A stretch of 60,700 nucleotides of DNA, filler included, from Nemertoderma westbladi (lineage: Eukaryota; Animalia; Xenacoelomorpha), in assembly GCA_032718475.1 (NCBI GenBank). It is 3 parts of 3 records of this genome, joined end to end, with 100 filler letters (N's around TTAATTAATTAA, not from the genome) between each part and the next. Parts side by side here need not be neighbours in the genome. Positions count along the whole stretch, not along the records: positions 43,778 to 60,700 come from JAUCBJ010004228.1; 2 more parts are not named here. One strand, written 5' to 3'. The notes beneath the pieces were generated by a model. The model was not told where the DNA came from and did not search any database. It was given only the letters and a program-made list of their open reading frames with translations. Shown here in pieces: positions 47,904 to 60,700 of the stretch (positions are counted from its first letter, which is position 1; every line of letters starts with the position of its first letter). The translations under genes and the position numbers were made by a program.

Positions 47904-50900
47904 CTACTACTACTAGGTCGAGCGAACTCGGACAGTGGAAATGAGATCCTTCCAGGCTTCCCGATTCTCCATAGTTGTCGCAATTTCGTTTCTCCTAAGT
48001 TCAGTATCCCTTTCAAGTTGATCTATATATGTTATGGCCGGTCGTCCACGACTACGCTTTCCATGAATTGGTTGCCAGAAAAGTAGATCTGGTATGACCT
48101 CGTCTTTACTTCGCCAGCAGTGCCCACTGAATCTTAATCTGCGTTCACGGAGGGTGGTTGATACAGGTGGTATTGTACCATAAAGCTCGGCGTTTGTCAT
48201 GTGTTGTCTCCAGCTGATGTTTAGGGCTGCCCTTAGTAGTCTTGTGTAGCAACCATCAATTCGTTGTTCAAGCGATTTAGTCAGTGTCCAGGTCTCACCC
48301 CCATATAAAAATACACTTTACACTGTGGCTCGAAAGAACTTAGTCTTCAGGTGCCTGGAGAGATCTGATTTCCAGATGGTATCCATTTTTGATAGAGCTA
48401 CCCAAGCCTTTGCTTTCCTAACTTCTATGTCCTTTTTGCTACTCTCTATCCATGATCCAAGGTACTGGAAGTCATCGACCTTCCTTAGTTGATTATTATC
48501 AATGGTTGTCAAGTTTCCATCAACATTAAAGGTCATGAATTCGGTCTTTGTAGAATTTATATGCAATCCAACCTCCTTAGCAGCCCTCTCCACTTTATTT
48601 AGTAGAAGCTGTGCATCTGCTAGGGTATTAGAGAGCAGGGCGCTGTCATCCGCAAAGTCGGTGTCTGTGACTGTAGTTGCCGGATATCTACTACTTCTGC
48701 GTTCTTGAAGTGTGAATCCCAGGTCTTCACCCTTTGTGGCCGTCCTCATTGCGTAATCCAGCACAATTACAACTAGTAATGGTGCTAATGTGTCACCTTG
48801 CAGTACGCCAGCCAGGATTGAGAAAAACTCAGTTTCACCATCTGGTGAGAGTACCTGCGCTTCTGTGTCACAATATAACAATCCAATGCCAGCAACAATT
48901 ACTTCTGGTATTCCATAAGCTCTTAGGATTTCAAGCATTTTACCTCTATGGATGGAGTCGAATGCCTTCTTGAAGTCCACAAAAGTCATGACAGCGGGGA
49001 GATTCTTTGACTTAATTCCTTCAATCAGTCTCCGTAGTGCAAGTATCTGAGCTATTGTTGATCTACTTGGTCGAAATCCGTTTTGGCTCTTAAGCAGTAG
49101 TTTCTCTATGTGAGGCCTAATCCTATATAGAATCATTTTATTGTATATTTTGGCAGCTACCACAAGCAGACAGATCCCACGATAGTTTGTTGGTATGCCG
49201 AGGTCTCCTTTCTTGGGGAGAGGCTTTAGTTGACCTTTAGTCCAAATTGGTGGTGGCTTTTCCCCTTTTAACATCCGGTTGCAAACATTCAATAATGGTA
49301 TGTTTAGCACTCCGGTTTTCCATACCTCCGCTGGGATTTCATGTAATCCACTCGCTTTATTATTGTACATGCTTTTAATGCTTCTTTGGAGTTCGGCAGG
49401 TGTGAAGTCCCCTGTTTCTATAGGTAGTGTATTGTCATATATTTTCCTTGTAGGGCTGACCTCGATGTTTGGTGGCTGCCCAAGCAAGTTGCTGAAGTGA
49501 TTTTTCCACTTCCCAACACGTTCTTCAGGACTATCGGCTTTGAGGCGTCCTTTTGCACAACTTTTCCGACCAGATACCTCATTTACAGTTTGCCAGGTAA
49601 GTCTTGATTGTTGCTGTATGTGAGCAGTTGTAATTGCTTCAGTTTTATCCTGTATGTACTTTTCCTGGCTGATGTTATAGGCCAATTTAAGATCGTCCTT
49701 AGCTTTCTTAACCTTGTTAATGTTTTCGGTTGTTGGTTGTTCGGTTTTAACTTTGTAGGCTATCTTAAGATCTTCTCTCTTACAAGTAACCTTACAGTTT
49801 TGCCATGGCACATATTGTTTTCGTTTGGGTTTCTGGGTGATATTCCTCATAGCTGATTCCTTGTGGGCTGTTATTATATTCTGGTATATTGAATTGGTGG
49901 ATTGGTCTTCATCCATTGACTGAAGTGCTTCAAAGCGGTTTTGAACTTCTACTGTATAAGCATCCTTTACAGCATTTTCAGTTCTGAGTTTTTCCCAGTC
50001 ATATTTGATTTGCTTGCTTGTCCTGGGTTTGCTGGCTCTCAAACTGAGTCTGATCTCTGCAGTCACAATTCTGTGGTCCGAACCAATTAGGTTGAACGAG
50101 CTGTATGCCTCGCAGTTGATCATGCTGTTTCTCCACTTTTTGTTTATGAGGATGTAATCCAGTTGTGCTTTGGTTCCATTAGGGTATTGAAAGGTCCATA
50201 GCTTCCCCTTACTCTTTTCGAATGTGTTGTTTGTTGGTATCAATTCACATTCTTCCATTAGGTCTAAAAGTAAGTACCCATTTCTGTTAGAACTGGTGTT
50301 ATAGGTGTAACCCTTGATGTCTTCTGGGCCAATTTGGGCATTCAGGTCACCAGCAATGACTTTAACATTGTGTTTCGGATTGTCCTTTATAAGTCCAGTC
50401 AGTTCTTCATAAAACTTGACTGCTTGTTCTGGCTCTGAGGCATTGCTTGGACTGTAGCAACATATAACTGTTGCCTTGGGATTCCCATCAAATGTTGCGA
50501 TCATAACCCTGGAATTTATAGATTCGATGTTGTTTAGGGTCTTAAGTGCAAATAGGCTTAGCAGAATTCCTACTCCACCAATTGATGCATTGGCCGAGTT
50601 TCTTACTGCTGAGCTTGTTACTAACGTCCATCCATTTCCAATGTCATTGTACTTCATGGCAGTGTCTTCATGACAAATCCGATGTTCTTGGATGCAGATG
50701 ATGTCGATGTTATATTCCATTGCCAGAGCGACCATGTCACCCTGTTTGGTATGTGCTTTCAGCGTGCGTGCGTTCATTGTAGCAATCTTTAGTGTCTTTT
50801 AACATTTCAACAGGTTGGTTCTTCTTTCTTCTCGGTCTTCTGTTCCAGTAGCCAATTTATCGACCCCAGCCTGGTGTACCACTGGGGGACGCGGTCCTTG

Positions 50901-51442
50901 TTGACCCGGGCGACGACCGAGCCGGTATTTCTCCCGGAGGGTTCTCATACTCATATCTTTCAGTTGCGGGAGTAAACCGCTTGTGGTCGCAACTCCTACA
51001 AGCGTCTTCGCAGTAGATCGCCGTTGGTTGATTACCTTCCGCCGACCATGTCAGCATGTCTAGCCGTTGGTTGATTACCTTCCGCCTATCCATGGCCTAC
51101 AGCCCTGCTGCCGACTGTAGGGGTCCTTTTGTTACACCCTGAACCAAGTGTGCCTCCTGGGTTAGGTTACCTGACACTGGTAGAGGAGCATCCAGTATAG
51201 ACAGGGCGGGGCATGTATCATCTCTAATGCAGATGCGTATCAAGCCTTTGCCTTCAATGGTGCCCTAGGCGCTATAGCCCTCAATGACTTATTTAGTTGA
51301 CGGGGCTGAACCAACCCACTCTTGATCAACTAAATAATGAATAGGCTATGCTTATCGGGCCTGCCCTACTGGGCTGGCAGCTACAGGTAGTACCACATTA
51401 CTGCCATAGTGGTAGCAGGATCTGGGGACCTGACCTGACCTG
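47904..51442 (-). mobile_element. Full-length RTE-clade LINE (~3.54 kb)
   Basis: Perfect 13-bp TSD ATTATTGTTGTTA (47891-47903, 51443-51455), (TAG)n tail, (CAGGT)3 at the 5' end, and a single APE-RT ORF. Confidence 0.95.
47913..50800 (-). pseudogene. RTE ORF (AP endonuclease + RT) with premature stop
   Basis: MNARTL, IQEHR, GDLNA, LDYIL and SDH; NYRGI, QNGFR, DFKKAFD, QGDTLAP, FADD and YLGS. An in-frame TAA at 48318-48320 (ATV*SVFLYGGETW, where E is expected) and another TAA near 50800. Confidence 0.93.
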
Positions 51443-54400
51443 ATTATTGTTGTTATAAATATAATATATATAAAATACTGTATATATAATATATGTACGT
51501 ACATACATTATATGTAGAGATAATGTATACTGTATGTGTATCTGTGTATCTGTTGTTTATTGGACAATTTATGAGAATTATTAACCTCAATTAGTTTAAC
51601 TGACGGAACTTCCAATGCTAATAAATAATGATTTTTCATTAATAAACAAACATTACTGTATGCATGATAAAGAGGGTGCTAATATTTAAAGTGGTACGAT
51701 GGATGGCAAGCAATATGGTACGTAGGTACAATAATTTATACAATGGTATAACAATATAATTACTTATTACTTGGGAAAAAAAGTAGAACATTTTTTTACT
51801 ATTCTTGAGGAATTAACGAATAATGGGTCGAGAGAATGTTATAAGTAATTTTAATTTTATTCTTAAATTAAGATTTGCGATTGCTGCAAGCTACAGTATA
51901 CAATAGAATTCCATTAAATCACATCAGGGATCCCATTACGAGACTGCTCCGTGAATGGTGGTTTTTCTTAAAATCCATTCAAACCAGTTTTGGTGCAAAT
52001 TTTGTGAAAAAAGTATCATGAAAATATTTCATGACGTCATCATTTTTGCTTTAGAGGTCTAACAAATTGGAATTTCAAAATTTCACCAGTCAGAATTTAA
52101 CGATATCACCAAACTGGTCATTTTGGAGCCGATTTCACTTAAATTGGCCTATCCAATCAAAATCCTTAGCGTTTTTTCTAAAAATTATACAGTAGAATCT
52201 GCGGTTGCTCCTGATAGGCAGTATAAAAATGGGCTTTTTTCTTTAGAATATCTTCTAAAACCTTTTTGTTAAGTATATCATAAGTTTCAAGGTCAAATAT
52301 GAAATTTGTGTTTAATATTAAATCGATTAAAAAAAATATGTCGAATTACTGTGCCCCCCCCCCCCCCCCCCCTTAATGTTTCTTTAATAAAAGATAGAAC
52401 GAAATAGTGTTTACAAAATAAAATGAACTGCAGTATTTTAATATATTGCTTCCATATTTAATTACTCAACTCCTGATGCCGCCTTACGCAATGTTACAAT
52501 AATTTAGTGTTCTCCAATATTTAATACGTAACTACTGTAGAGTTCTGTTAATTTTTATAAACCAATATTGGATGATGAGTTCCGTTTGGAGTAGGCCTAC
52601 GCCTTACAGACACTAAAGTTGCAATAACTTCTGAGTACTGTATGGGCATGGATTTTGCTCAAATTACTTGCAAATATTTTCTACTTCGATACTCTTTCAA
52701 CACATTTAAGAAATTCAACAGAACATTTTGAATTTTACTTTTTCCATCGGGAAAAAAGTAAAATCAATGCAATCCTTGTTTACTTTTTTCCCTAAATGTC
52801 GAACTAAAAAGCAACAATTTAATTAAGAATAAAAGTGTCTTGTTTATGGGGCGACTTGCTACAGTAGAGAGTCTATGGCAAACATTAAGGGTGACATCAG
52901 ATAGATATAAGTACATACTGTAGTACATACTGTAGTATACTGTATTGTGATACTGTATCTATATTGTGTTCATTTACACTTGTTTTCAATGTATAGTGCG
53001 TAGGCCTACTACTGTTATAGTGTAGTACCTGTTATTATTTGCTACACTACTAGGTGTGATTATTATTATTATTGAAACCTTGATTTAGAACTCTGTATCT
53101 TTGGTTTCATTTTTGTATGCATATACAGTAACGTATAAATTGACCATTAAACATTGATCCAGTATACTAGTGTCTTTATTGACAGTAGACAGTGTAAAGA
53201 CATGTAATGATGATAGTAAACAATAAGTGCTGCGAGTGGAGGGGGTCAAGCATCGATACTAAAAATATACATAAAAATATAAAACATTTCATTATTATTG
53301 CCAATACGCATTTCGGGCGTCCTCCTGTGCTTTTCGACTGACTGTCGGCTGAAGCATGTCCTGTACACCCGCCCAGCTCTGAATAAATATATTACATAGT
53401 ATTGGAATGGTACTGTAGTAGGCCCTACAATCTTACTTGAGATAAGAAACCAATATTTAATTAAGAGATTTTTTTCGACTTACCGTATTTAACTGTCATA
53501 TTTAAATATGTAGAGTATACAGTAGAAAACAGCCCTTGTTCAAAGCTGACAAGCCATTTAAATATTCCTATTATTCGTCATGAAGTATTATATTATTATT
53601 ATTCGACCGTTATACAGAACCTACATATACAATATGTATACAATATATAATAATAGTAGAGTAGGGCTAGGGGCCATATCATGTTTATGACGGTATAGTT
53701 AAAATTAAATAGGAGAGGGTAGGGACATTTGGCATGTTTTTGTCTACTACGCTCATAAATTCCAATATGTTTACTCATTTGTTTAATATGAGTTCTCATT
53801 TTGTCCAGAATTTAATGGGCTATCTTTCAATCATGGTTTGTATTGATTTTAAACAGATTTCGAAAGGTTAGGATCGACTTTGTCGACAGAGCACCGAGGT
53901 CAAACATGCCAATTCTCCCAACGCGTTGGGACATTTGGCAGCGAGGACAGGGATATTTGGCATCCTACTTTAAACGCCCTGTTCTGTTCTATATACGTTT
54001 ACAGCCTAATTTGTAAATATTTATCCTATATCGTATAGTAACTAACAGCTGGCAAGCTCCATTTACCTTATTCTGTTAATCTTACTAATAATTTGTTAAT
54101 TATTAATTTGGTAATTTGTTAAACCTACACTTATGCTGCATATACTGTACTATTATTATAATATTATAATATTACTATAATATTAGCAGGGACGAGCTAA
54201 ATTCCAACTACAACATAAAATACATTTATTTGTTGTAAGTGACTTTTTGGTCAAATTCGTTAATAAGTTTGACAAAAAAAACTTTTTTTGTCACTTGTTC
54301 TTGTTCCGTTTCCGTCTCGTCTAATGACGTTTTCACAGGCACATTGTCATGAATTCATATTGAATCCTACACAGGTCACCTAAACTATGTATTTTATGTA

Positions 54401-55206
54401 TAGAGCCTATTATTTTAGGCCTGCGTTTGGTACCGGTACTCTACTGACGGGAGCGGTGTCGTCGGTCCTTATACTTTGTTCATAATTTTTATGATTACTT
54501 AATCACTTTTAGCTAAATGCTTATTTTTTGCTTTAGAATTACATTTACAATTACAAGAATACATGTACAGGATATACAAGAAAATATGTTAGTATTTTTT
54601 TTTGGCACCATAAAATTATCACAAGAATAAAAAAAGCCGACCTAAAGACACCTATAAACTAAAAACAACAATTTTCCTATCAGCATTTTTGAATGTTAAC
54701 TTACAACACAATTTAAACCTCCCACCCAAGACTCTTCGTTTTTATTGGATAATTTAATTATCCTACTTTAAGCTACAAGGTGCAGTAATGGTTGGTTGAT
54801 GGTTTTTCTATGAGATAAGACCGATAATAGAAATGTTGCTTAAAAGCAACAAGTGTAACAAAGGGTTAACCCGTCGTGGATTTTAAATATTGGGTTACGT
54901 TTAGTTATGACATAGATTTCAAAAAAAATACCTGTTTATATACGAAACAATTAAAATTCAGAGAAATATGTTATGCAACTTTACCCTAATTTTTACACCT
55001 GTTTTGCGACGTATCATATCAAAAGTAAATGCCCCAAATTTTATGGTTTACTATACCAAAGTATACTGTAGTTTTATTATGTTTTGTTTATAGTCAGATA
55101 ATAAAATATCACGCAGTCCGCTAGGGGGCGCCAAATAAAGTTTTTCAAGTTATGGTTACTTTTGATGATTTTAATATTCTTATATTCGGTTGTATATCAT
55201 TTACTA

Positions 55207-55847
55207 CCAGTGTAACAGAGAATTGTCACTCCCCATACAAAATCACCCCGTTAAAATTCAGTACTGTAGTGTATTCTCACTCCCGGGCTATATTTTCCCT
55301 TGTGTATTTTAACTCCCTCCAGTGAAAACTCACCCCTGCATTTATCAATTTTCACACAGTGCAAATCCTTCCCCGGTTTAATTTATTTTCCTAGTGTATA
55401 TTAATTCTCACTCACGGTGTATATTTTTGTATCTTCTACAGTACAGTTAGGCCTACTTTACTACATACAAAAAATCTCCAGCGTGTGTTTGTCTGTGTAC
55501 TAGGGGTATCTGTGGTCTTCTATTATTATTATTATTATTAAACACCTCGTAAAATATTTAGAGAGGGAGAAAAGCACCAAGGTTACGTACTGTAGAACAC
55601 TAACAGAGGCTCATATCGAATTCGCTTAACTGTAGGCTTATATCGAATTTAAATTATATTTAAATTTTAAATATCATGGGGGTAAGAATACACTCAGGGG
55701 GGTTACATTTCACTAAAAAATCACCCAGAGTAGATTCACCTCCATTTAAATTACTCTAGTGAATTCTATCCGGGGGCTGGAAATACACTAGTGAATTTTA
55801 ACCGGGGGGTGAATTTTTAGGGGGGTGGAAATTCTCTGTTACACTGG
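55207..55847. mobile_element. MITE with 18-bp TIR
   Basis: TA-CCAGTGTAACAGAGAATT ... AATTCTCTGTTACACTGG-TA, with internal CACCCC/GGGGTG subrepeats. Confidence 0.8.
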
Positions 55848-57006
55848 TATCATTTTAAACTGTCCTTGGTTTCTAACAATAAAGCTATATTATACTGAGC
55901 CAGCAGCCAATCGCACACAAGGCCTACTTTCGTTGATGCCATCCCACCATTATAGAGCCAAATTAAAATTCTTAAAATGTCCATGATTAATATTAATTAA
56001 AGGTCAGTTTAGGAACCCATTGACAAGGGATAGGCAATTTGTGACAAGACCCCAATACGGTTACAACAGCTACAGTAAAATCATAAGTAGACCAAAAATG
56101 ACTACAAACAATGTGAATGACAGTAGATCGCAGTGCTAAAAGTAATTCTGGAAAGTTTAGGCGCCAAGTCGTCGAAGAATAGGAAAACAGTCTGGGGGAA
56201 AACACTCTATAAATGCAGACAACACTCAAATCATGTAACTCAGCATGACCTACTTACTATAACTGTTATAGTAGGTCATGAACTCAGTATTCTGTAATAG
56301 CCAATAGCACTATTAATTATACAACAAACTGTTCTCTAGTTATTACGCCTTGGTACCAACAGATTTACGTTTGAATGACGGACAAGGCTAAACATTTCAA
56401 GGCGGGAAATTTGATTTGTTTATGATGATCATCTTATCCTAGCCAGTCCGAAGATGAAAGTGCACCAGTCAGCCAGTACCGTACCGGTATACAGGTATAG
56501 CGGTATGCAGTTGGTATGTGCCGGTGCCGGTGCCGTCCGTCTATTCACGAAATTAGCATGGGATGCCTCAATTCCATATCTGAATCTGCGTGGCAGATGT
56601 ACATGTAGAAATACTGCAGTACTGTCAGACTGTAGGCTAGATGGGAAGATAACATAGGCATAATGTCCGAAATTCCGCTAAATTTCTTAGATTTTGGGAA
56701 GCGCTACCGGCACTGATTACTTGGTTGAGGCCTGACCAAAAAAAACCCTAAAACTAAAATAGAAAACCAAATGGCAGAATGGGCCTACCCCACAAAGGCT
56801 AAGCAGTAAAACTGCAGATCGGGTTACCGTTACAACTTACAGACTTACAAACACCAGAACACAAAGTATTATAAATAGGCCTGCCAGCTAAAACTGTTAC
56901 ACCCGTTTTAGTTCCTGAAAGTGCACTGTCGGCCTACCACTTACACTTACCTGCTTACCGTTACCACCGGTACATGATATTCTATATTTGTGCTGTATAT
57001 TCAACA

Positions 57007-58593
57007 ATGTCTAACAACACAGAACCACTATTTCTCGGTTTCGATTTTAGCACTCAGCAGATAAAAGTGATCGCCTTAGACAACTCACTACGTTCAGTGT
57101 ACAGCAACGCAGCCTCTTTCGATGATGATACACAGTATGGTACGCGATCCGGTTGCCATACCAACGGTCTGGTTGTTACCGCCCCGACACTAATGTGGGT
57201 GGAGACATTGGATGTGCTTTTGGGTCGGATGAGTGCAGATAACTTTCCATTCCATCGTGTAGTTGCAATTTCCGGATCGGCCCAGCAACATGGCAGTGTT
57301 TACTGGAACCAGAACGCTTCGAAAATTCTTGCTGATTTAGACCCAAAGCAACTTATGAAACCTCAGCTTACTAACGCATTTAGTATAGAGAACTCCCCTA
57401 TATGGATGGACGCGAGCACTGCTGAATACTGCGAAGCTTTGGAATCGCATGTGGGAGGAGCAGACGTTATCGCTAAGGTAACAGGGATGCGTGTATTTGA
57501 GAGATGCACCGCACCTCAGATAATGAAGATCATAAAGGAACAACCTGAGCGATACAAGCAGACAGCCCATATCGGGATGGTCTCCAGTTTCGGATGTTCT
57601 TTACTAACCGGTACTCTTGCAGCGATCGACTGGGCTGATGGAGTCGGTACTAATCTTATAGACACAAAGCGTCGTATCTGGCACCGAGCTATCTGCGATT
57701 ACATATCACCGACACTACGGGATAAACTCCCTCTGCTCGTGGAACCAGCTAGCAGTGCCGGCACCGTATCTCGCTACCTGTCTGCTCGCTATGGGTTCCC
57801 ACCACAATGCGTGGTTGTCGCTTTCACCGGAGATAATCCCTCCTCATTAGCGGGTCTCCACGCCTCCCCAACGGACGTGTTTGTCTCTCTAGGGACCTCC
57901 GATACTGTGTTTATGTGTACCACTGGGTGCGCGGATTCGCCCGCTTTGCTAGACACTATGGGCTTTGTGAATCCCGTAGACTCAACCCAGACTGTTTCTA
58001 TGCTCGTGTATAAGAACGGCTCGTTGGCTAGACAACGAGTACGGGATTCCATGTGCAACGGGTCATGGGAGGAATTCAACGAGTCTTTAAGTAAAAGTCC
58101 CGTAGGTAACAATGGAAACATTGGATTCTATTACTACGACATGGAAGTGATTCCTCACGTCCAAGGTGTCTGGAGGTTCAATAAAGAAGCTCAGAAAGTA
58201 TCCCAGTTTGCTCCAGAAGTAGAGGTTAGGGCTCTACTAGAGAGTCAATTCCTATCTAAACGTCTATTCTGCGAGAGATTAGGGTTAGACCTTCTGGGCC
58301 CTAGTAAACGTATTGTTGCCACCGGTGGGGCCAGCGTTAACTTGTATATTCTCCGAGTTCTAGCCGACGTTATGGGCACCCCTGTGTATGGCGTGGAAGG
58401 CTCAGGTAACTCTGCCGCACTCGGGGCGGCTTATAGGGCAAAACACGTGTGGAGTGGGAGTGATTTCACGGTTGTTATGGGAGATGCACCCGGATTCGTG
58501 CTGCTAGTGGAGCCGGATGTCGGAAATGTGGAGGTCTACAATAAAATGTTGGGAGTCTATGAGGAAAGAGAGAAGACATTTTGGGATAAATAG
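57007..58593 (+). CDS. XYLB: Xylulose kinase (FGGY family, eukaryotic XYLB/XKS1 type), single-exon ORF
   Basis: Motifs LFLGFDFSTQQIK, SGSAQQHGSVYW, SPIWMDAST, FTGDNPSSLAG, VSLGTSDT, YKNGSLAR, ATGGASVN and NSAALGAAYRA. An alternative upstream ATG lies at 56974. Confidence 0.96.
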   Translation: MSNNTEPLFLGFDFSTQQIKVIALDNSLRSVYSNAASFDDDTQYGTRSGCHTNGLVVTAPTLMWVETLDVLLGRMSADNFPFHRVVAISGSAQQHGSVYWNQNASKILADLDPKQLMKPQLTNAFSIENSPIWMDASTAEYCEALESHVGGADVIAKVTGMRVFERCTAPQIMKIIKEQPERYKQTAHIGMVSSFGCSLLTGTLAAIDWADGVGTNLIDTKRRIWHRAICDYISPTLRDKLPLLVEPASSAGTVSRYLSARYGFPPQCVVVAFTGDNPSSLAGLHASPTDVFVSLGTSDTVFMCTTGCADSPALLDTMGFVNPVDSTQTVSMLVYKNGSLARQRVRDSMCNGSWEEFNESLSKSPVGNNGNIGFYYYDMEVIPHVQGVWRFNKEAQKVSQFAPEVEVRALLESQFLSKRLFCERLGLDLLGPSKRIVATGGASVNLYILRVLADVMGTPVYGVEGSGNSAALGAAYRAKHVWSGSDFTVVMGDAPGFVLLVEPDVGNVEVYNKMLGVYEEREKTFWDK

Positions 58594-59889
58594 TTTTTAT
58601 TTTAATTTTGTTAATTTATTTCAAGACTTAGTATTTGTACCATCAATTGTGCTTTGGGTTGACATTTTGTTAATAATTTGTTACGTTATGCAAATTTATC
58701 AGCGCTCTGGTATTATCCTCCTAACATTGTAAAGTAATCCGTCACTTTCAATCATTCATCTTCTGGAACATATCATGGGTATACAATCCATCCATATGTT
58801 ATGAGTTGTTCCAGCTTGAATGATAGCCATTGTTTGCGTGATACGGGTAGTAGAGTAGAGTAGTATTGGTATGAGTATAAGATTGTTCACCATCTTTACC
58901 GTTCTGAAGGAATTTCATTTGTTGTAAAATTAATATGGATTTCTTCAATATTCCGAAATATTACACCATAACCCTTAAGGGTTATGGTGTACAGTGATTA
59001 ATATAATTATTAGAATGATTTGTGAAGTTCAGAACGCTGATTAATTGACATAATGTAACAAAATTGCGAGGTGAATGGTTGAATTTCAATGTTGTAACTT
59101 TCTTTCAATAGCGCTGTAGGTCATTTATTTAAATGTTCTAAGAAATTATTATAATATTATTAATTAATCGTGGAAATGATATCTAATATTAATGATCCAA
59201 TTACAGTACGTACAGTATTATATACATGGTGCAGGAATCGCCCATATTTAGACTTACATATTTTACCCTTTTATACTAACTTTACAGTAGAGTATGCTGA
59301 CAATCTCATTCGCTGCTTATTTATGCCAATATGATGTGCTAATTATGAATTTTGTATGTGATGAGTCTAATAATTAATTGTTATGCTGTTAAATTATGGA
59401 TTTTACCTGGATGGGTCGGTTACACGGAAACCGTTGTGGTGCGAGCCATATGAGTGGCATATGAAATTGATTACACGTGGTTTTAGTTTATTCTAATATC
59501 CTGGAGCAGAGTTTAAGAGTTCCTTTTATAATTATGTACAACCAGGGCCAGTTTACCAATTTATATTACAAAATTTTACAATAAATCGAAAAACTATAAA
59601 TAACTTGTGTGGTGGCGCTCTAATGATCCCTTTATTAGGGGATTAAGCGTAAAAATAATACAAACGAGAGATGGACATGGACAGGTTTGTCACGGCCCGG
59701 CCCGGGCCCGTTAATTTTAATTTTTCTAATAATTACAGCATAAAATTGTAACTTTTCGGATCAATTTACATACACTGATTCGGTTTGTCATCGTGAGCCT
59801 CTGTTCTGGTTGAGTGTGCACACTAATTGGATGGCTTTAGTTCTTCTGCCTATACGTATGAGTCTCTGTGCCTTATATGCTCTACTTAA

Positions 59890-60700
59890 GGGGGGGGGGG
59901 GGGGGGTTCACCCACATTCTTTTTTTTCATCATATTTTTTTAATGTGTTTTCCGATGTAAAATTTTATGGTAATTCTGACTCTGAAATCAGTTTTTCGAT
60001 AAGGTATTTTGTTCTCGAGTTATGGCAACTTTTGTAATTTTCACCCAAAATTTGAAATTTTTTAATTTTGGTGCAGCACCACATTTGACACCAAAAAAGA
60101 CCATCAAACATCCGTAAGTGTGCAAATATTTTGCCATATTCGGAATCAGCGCTGAAAATTGCCTATAGGTATCAAACCACAAAAGGAGATCATTTTGAAA
60201 AATTTGAAAAATTTTACTTTTGGTCAATTTTTGCGGCGAATATTCCTCTACATAATTCTGCAAACAGAACGAAAATCCGTTGAGTAGTTAAAAAGTAGAT
60301 AGAGAAAGTGTCCCAAAAAAGCCAATGCGAGAAAAATGACATTTAAATTTCATCCTTATTAACAACTGACCAAACATGCACCAAAAGTGAAAATTTTTTC
60401 AAATTTTTCAAATATAATCTACTTTCGTGGTTTTGATACCTATAGGCTAATTTTAGGCGCTGATTCCGAAAAGGGCAAAATATTTGCACATTTATTGGTG
60501 TTTCATGGTCTTTTTTGGTGTCAAATGTGGTGCTGCACCATGATTAATAAATTTCAAATTTTGTGTGAAAATTACAAAAGTTGCCATAACTCGAGAACAA
60601 AATACCTTATCGAAAAACTGATTTCAGATTCGGAATCACCATAAAATTTTACATCGGAAAACACATTAAAAAAAAATTTGATGAAAAAAAAGACTGGGGG
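59890..60700. mobile_element. Palindromic non-autonomous DNA transposon (Kolobok-like), running off the window end
   Basis: Begins TTAA|GG. About 59915-60230 is the reverse complement of about 60390-60692. The right terminus is not seen. Confidence 0.7.

Noticed and set aside
51686-52376. Possible TTAA-flanked Kolobok-like MITE
   Set aside because: Only the right end (CCCTTAA) is convincing; a matching left TIR was not found.

Overview
AT-rich, repeat-dense eukaryotic DNA, most likely an invertebrate animal. It consists of three contigs joined by artificial 100-bp N44-TTAATTAATTAA-N44 linkers (21586-21685, 43678-43777). Two host genes are well supported, both with uninterrupted ORFs: a CARD-caspase on the minus strand (29067-30293) whose catalytic His and Cys are both replaced, making it a probable pseudo-caspase, and xylulokinase XYLB (57007-58593, +). 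The rest is mostly mobile DNA: three pieces of BEL/Pao-type LTR retrotransposons, one full-length and two 5'-truncated RTE LINEs, a rearranged CR1/L2-type LINE, CRE-like 3' fragments, a 4.6-kb Mutator-like foldback element, nested non-autonomous Helitron-like elements, MITEs, tRNA-derived repeats and several satellites. The most unusual system is the BEL/Pao-like family. Its 1.2-2.3 kb LTRs carry a conserved tRNA-like Pol III cassette in U3 and a very long structured R/U5. It has no canonical tRNA primer-binding site, an extra non-Env ORF with CCHC knuckles downstream of pol, and a 17-nt hairpin motif repeated six times in different reading frames. All calls come from reading the sequence by eye; no database search or folding program was run.
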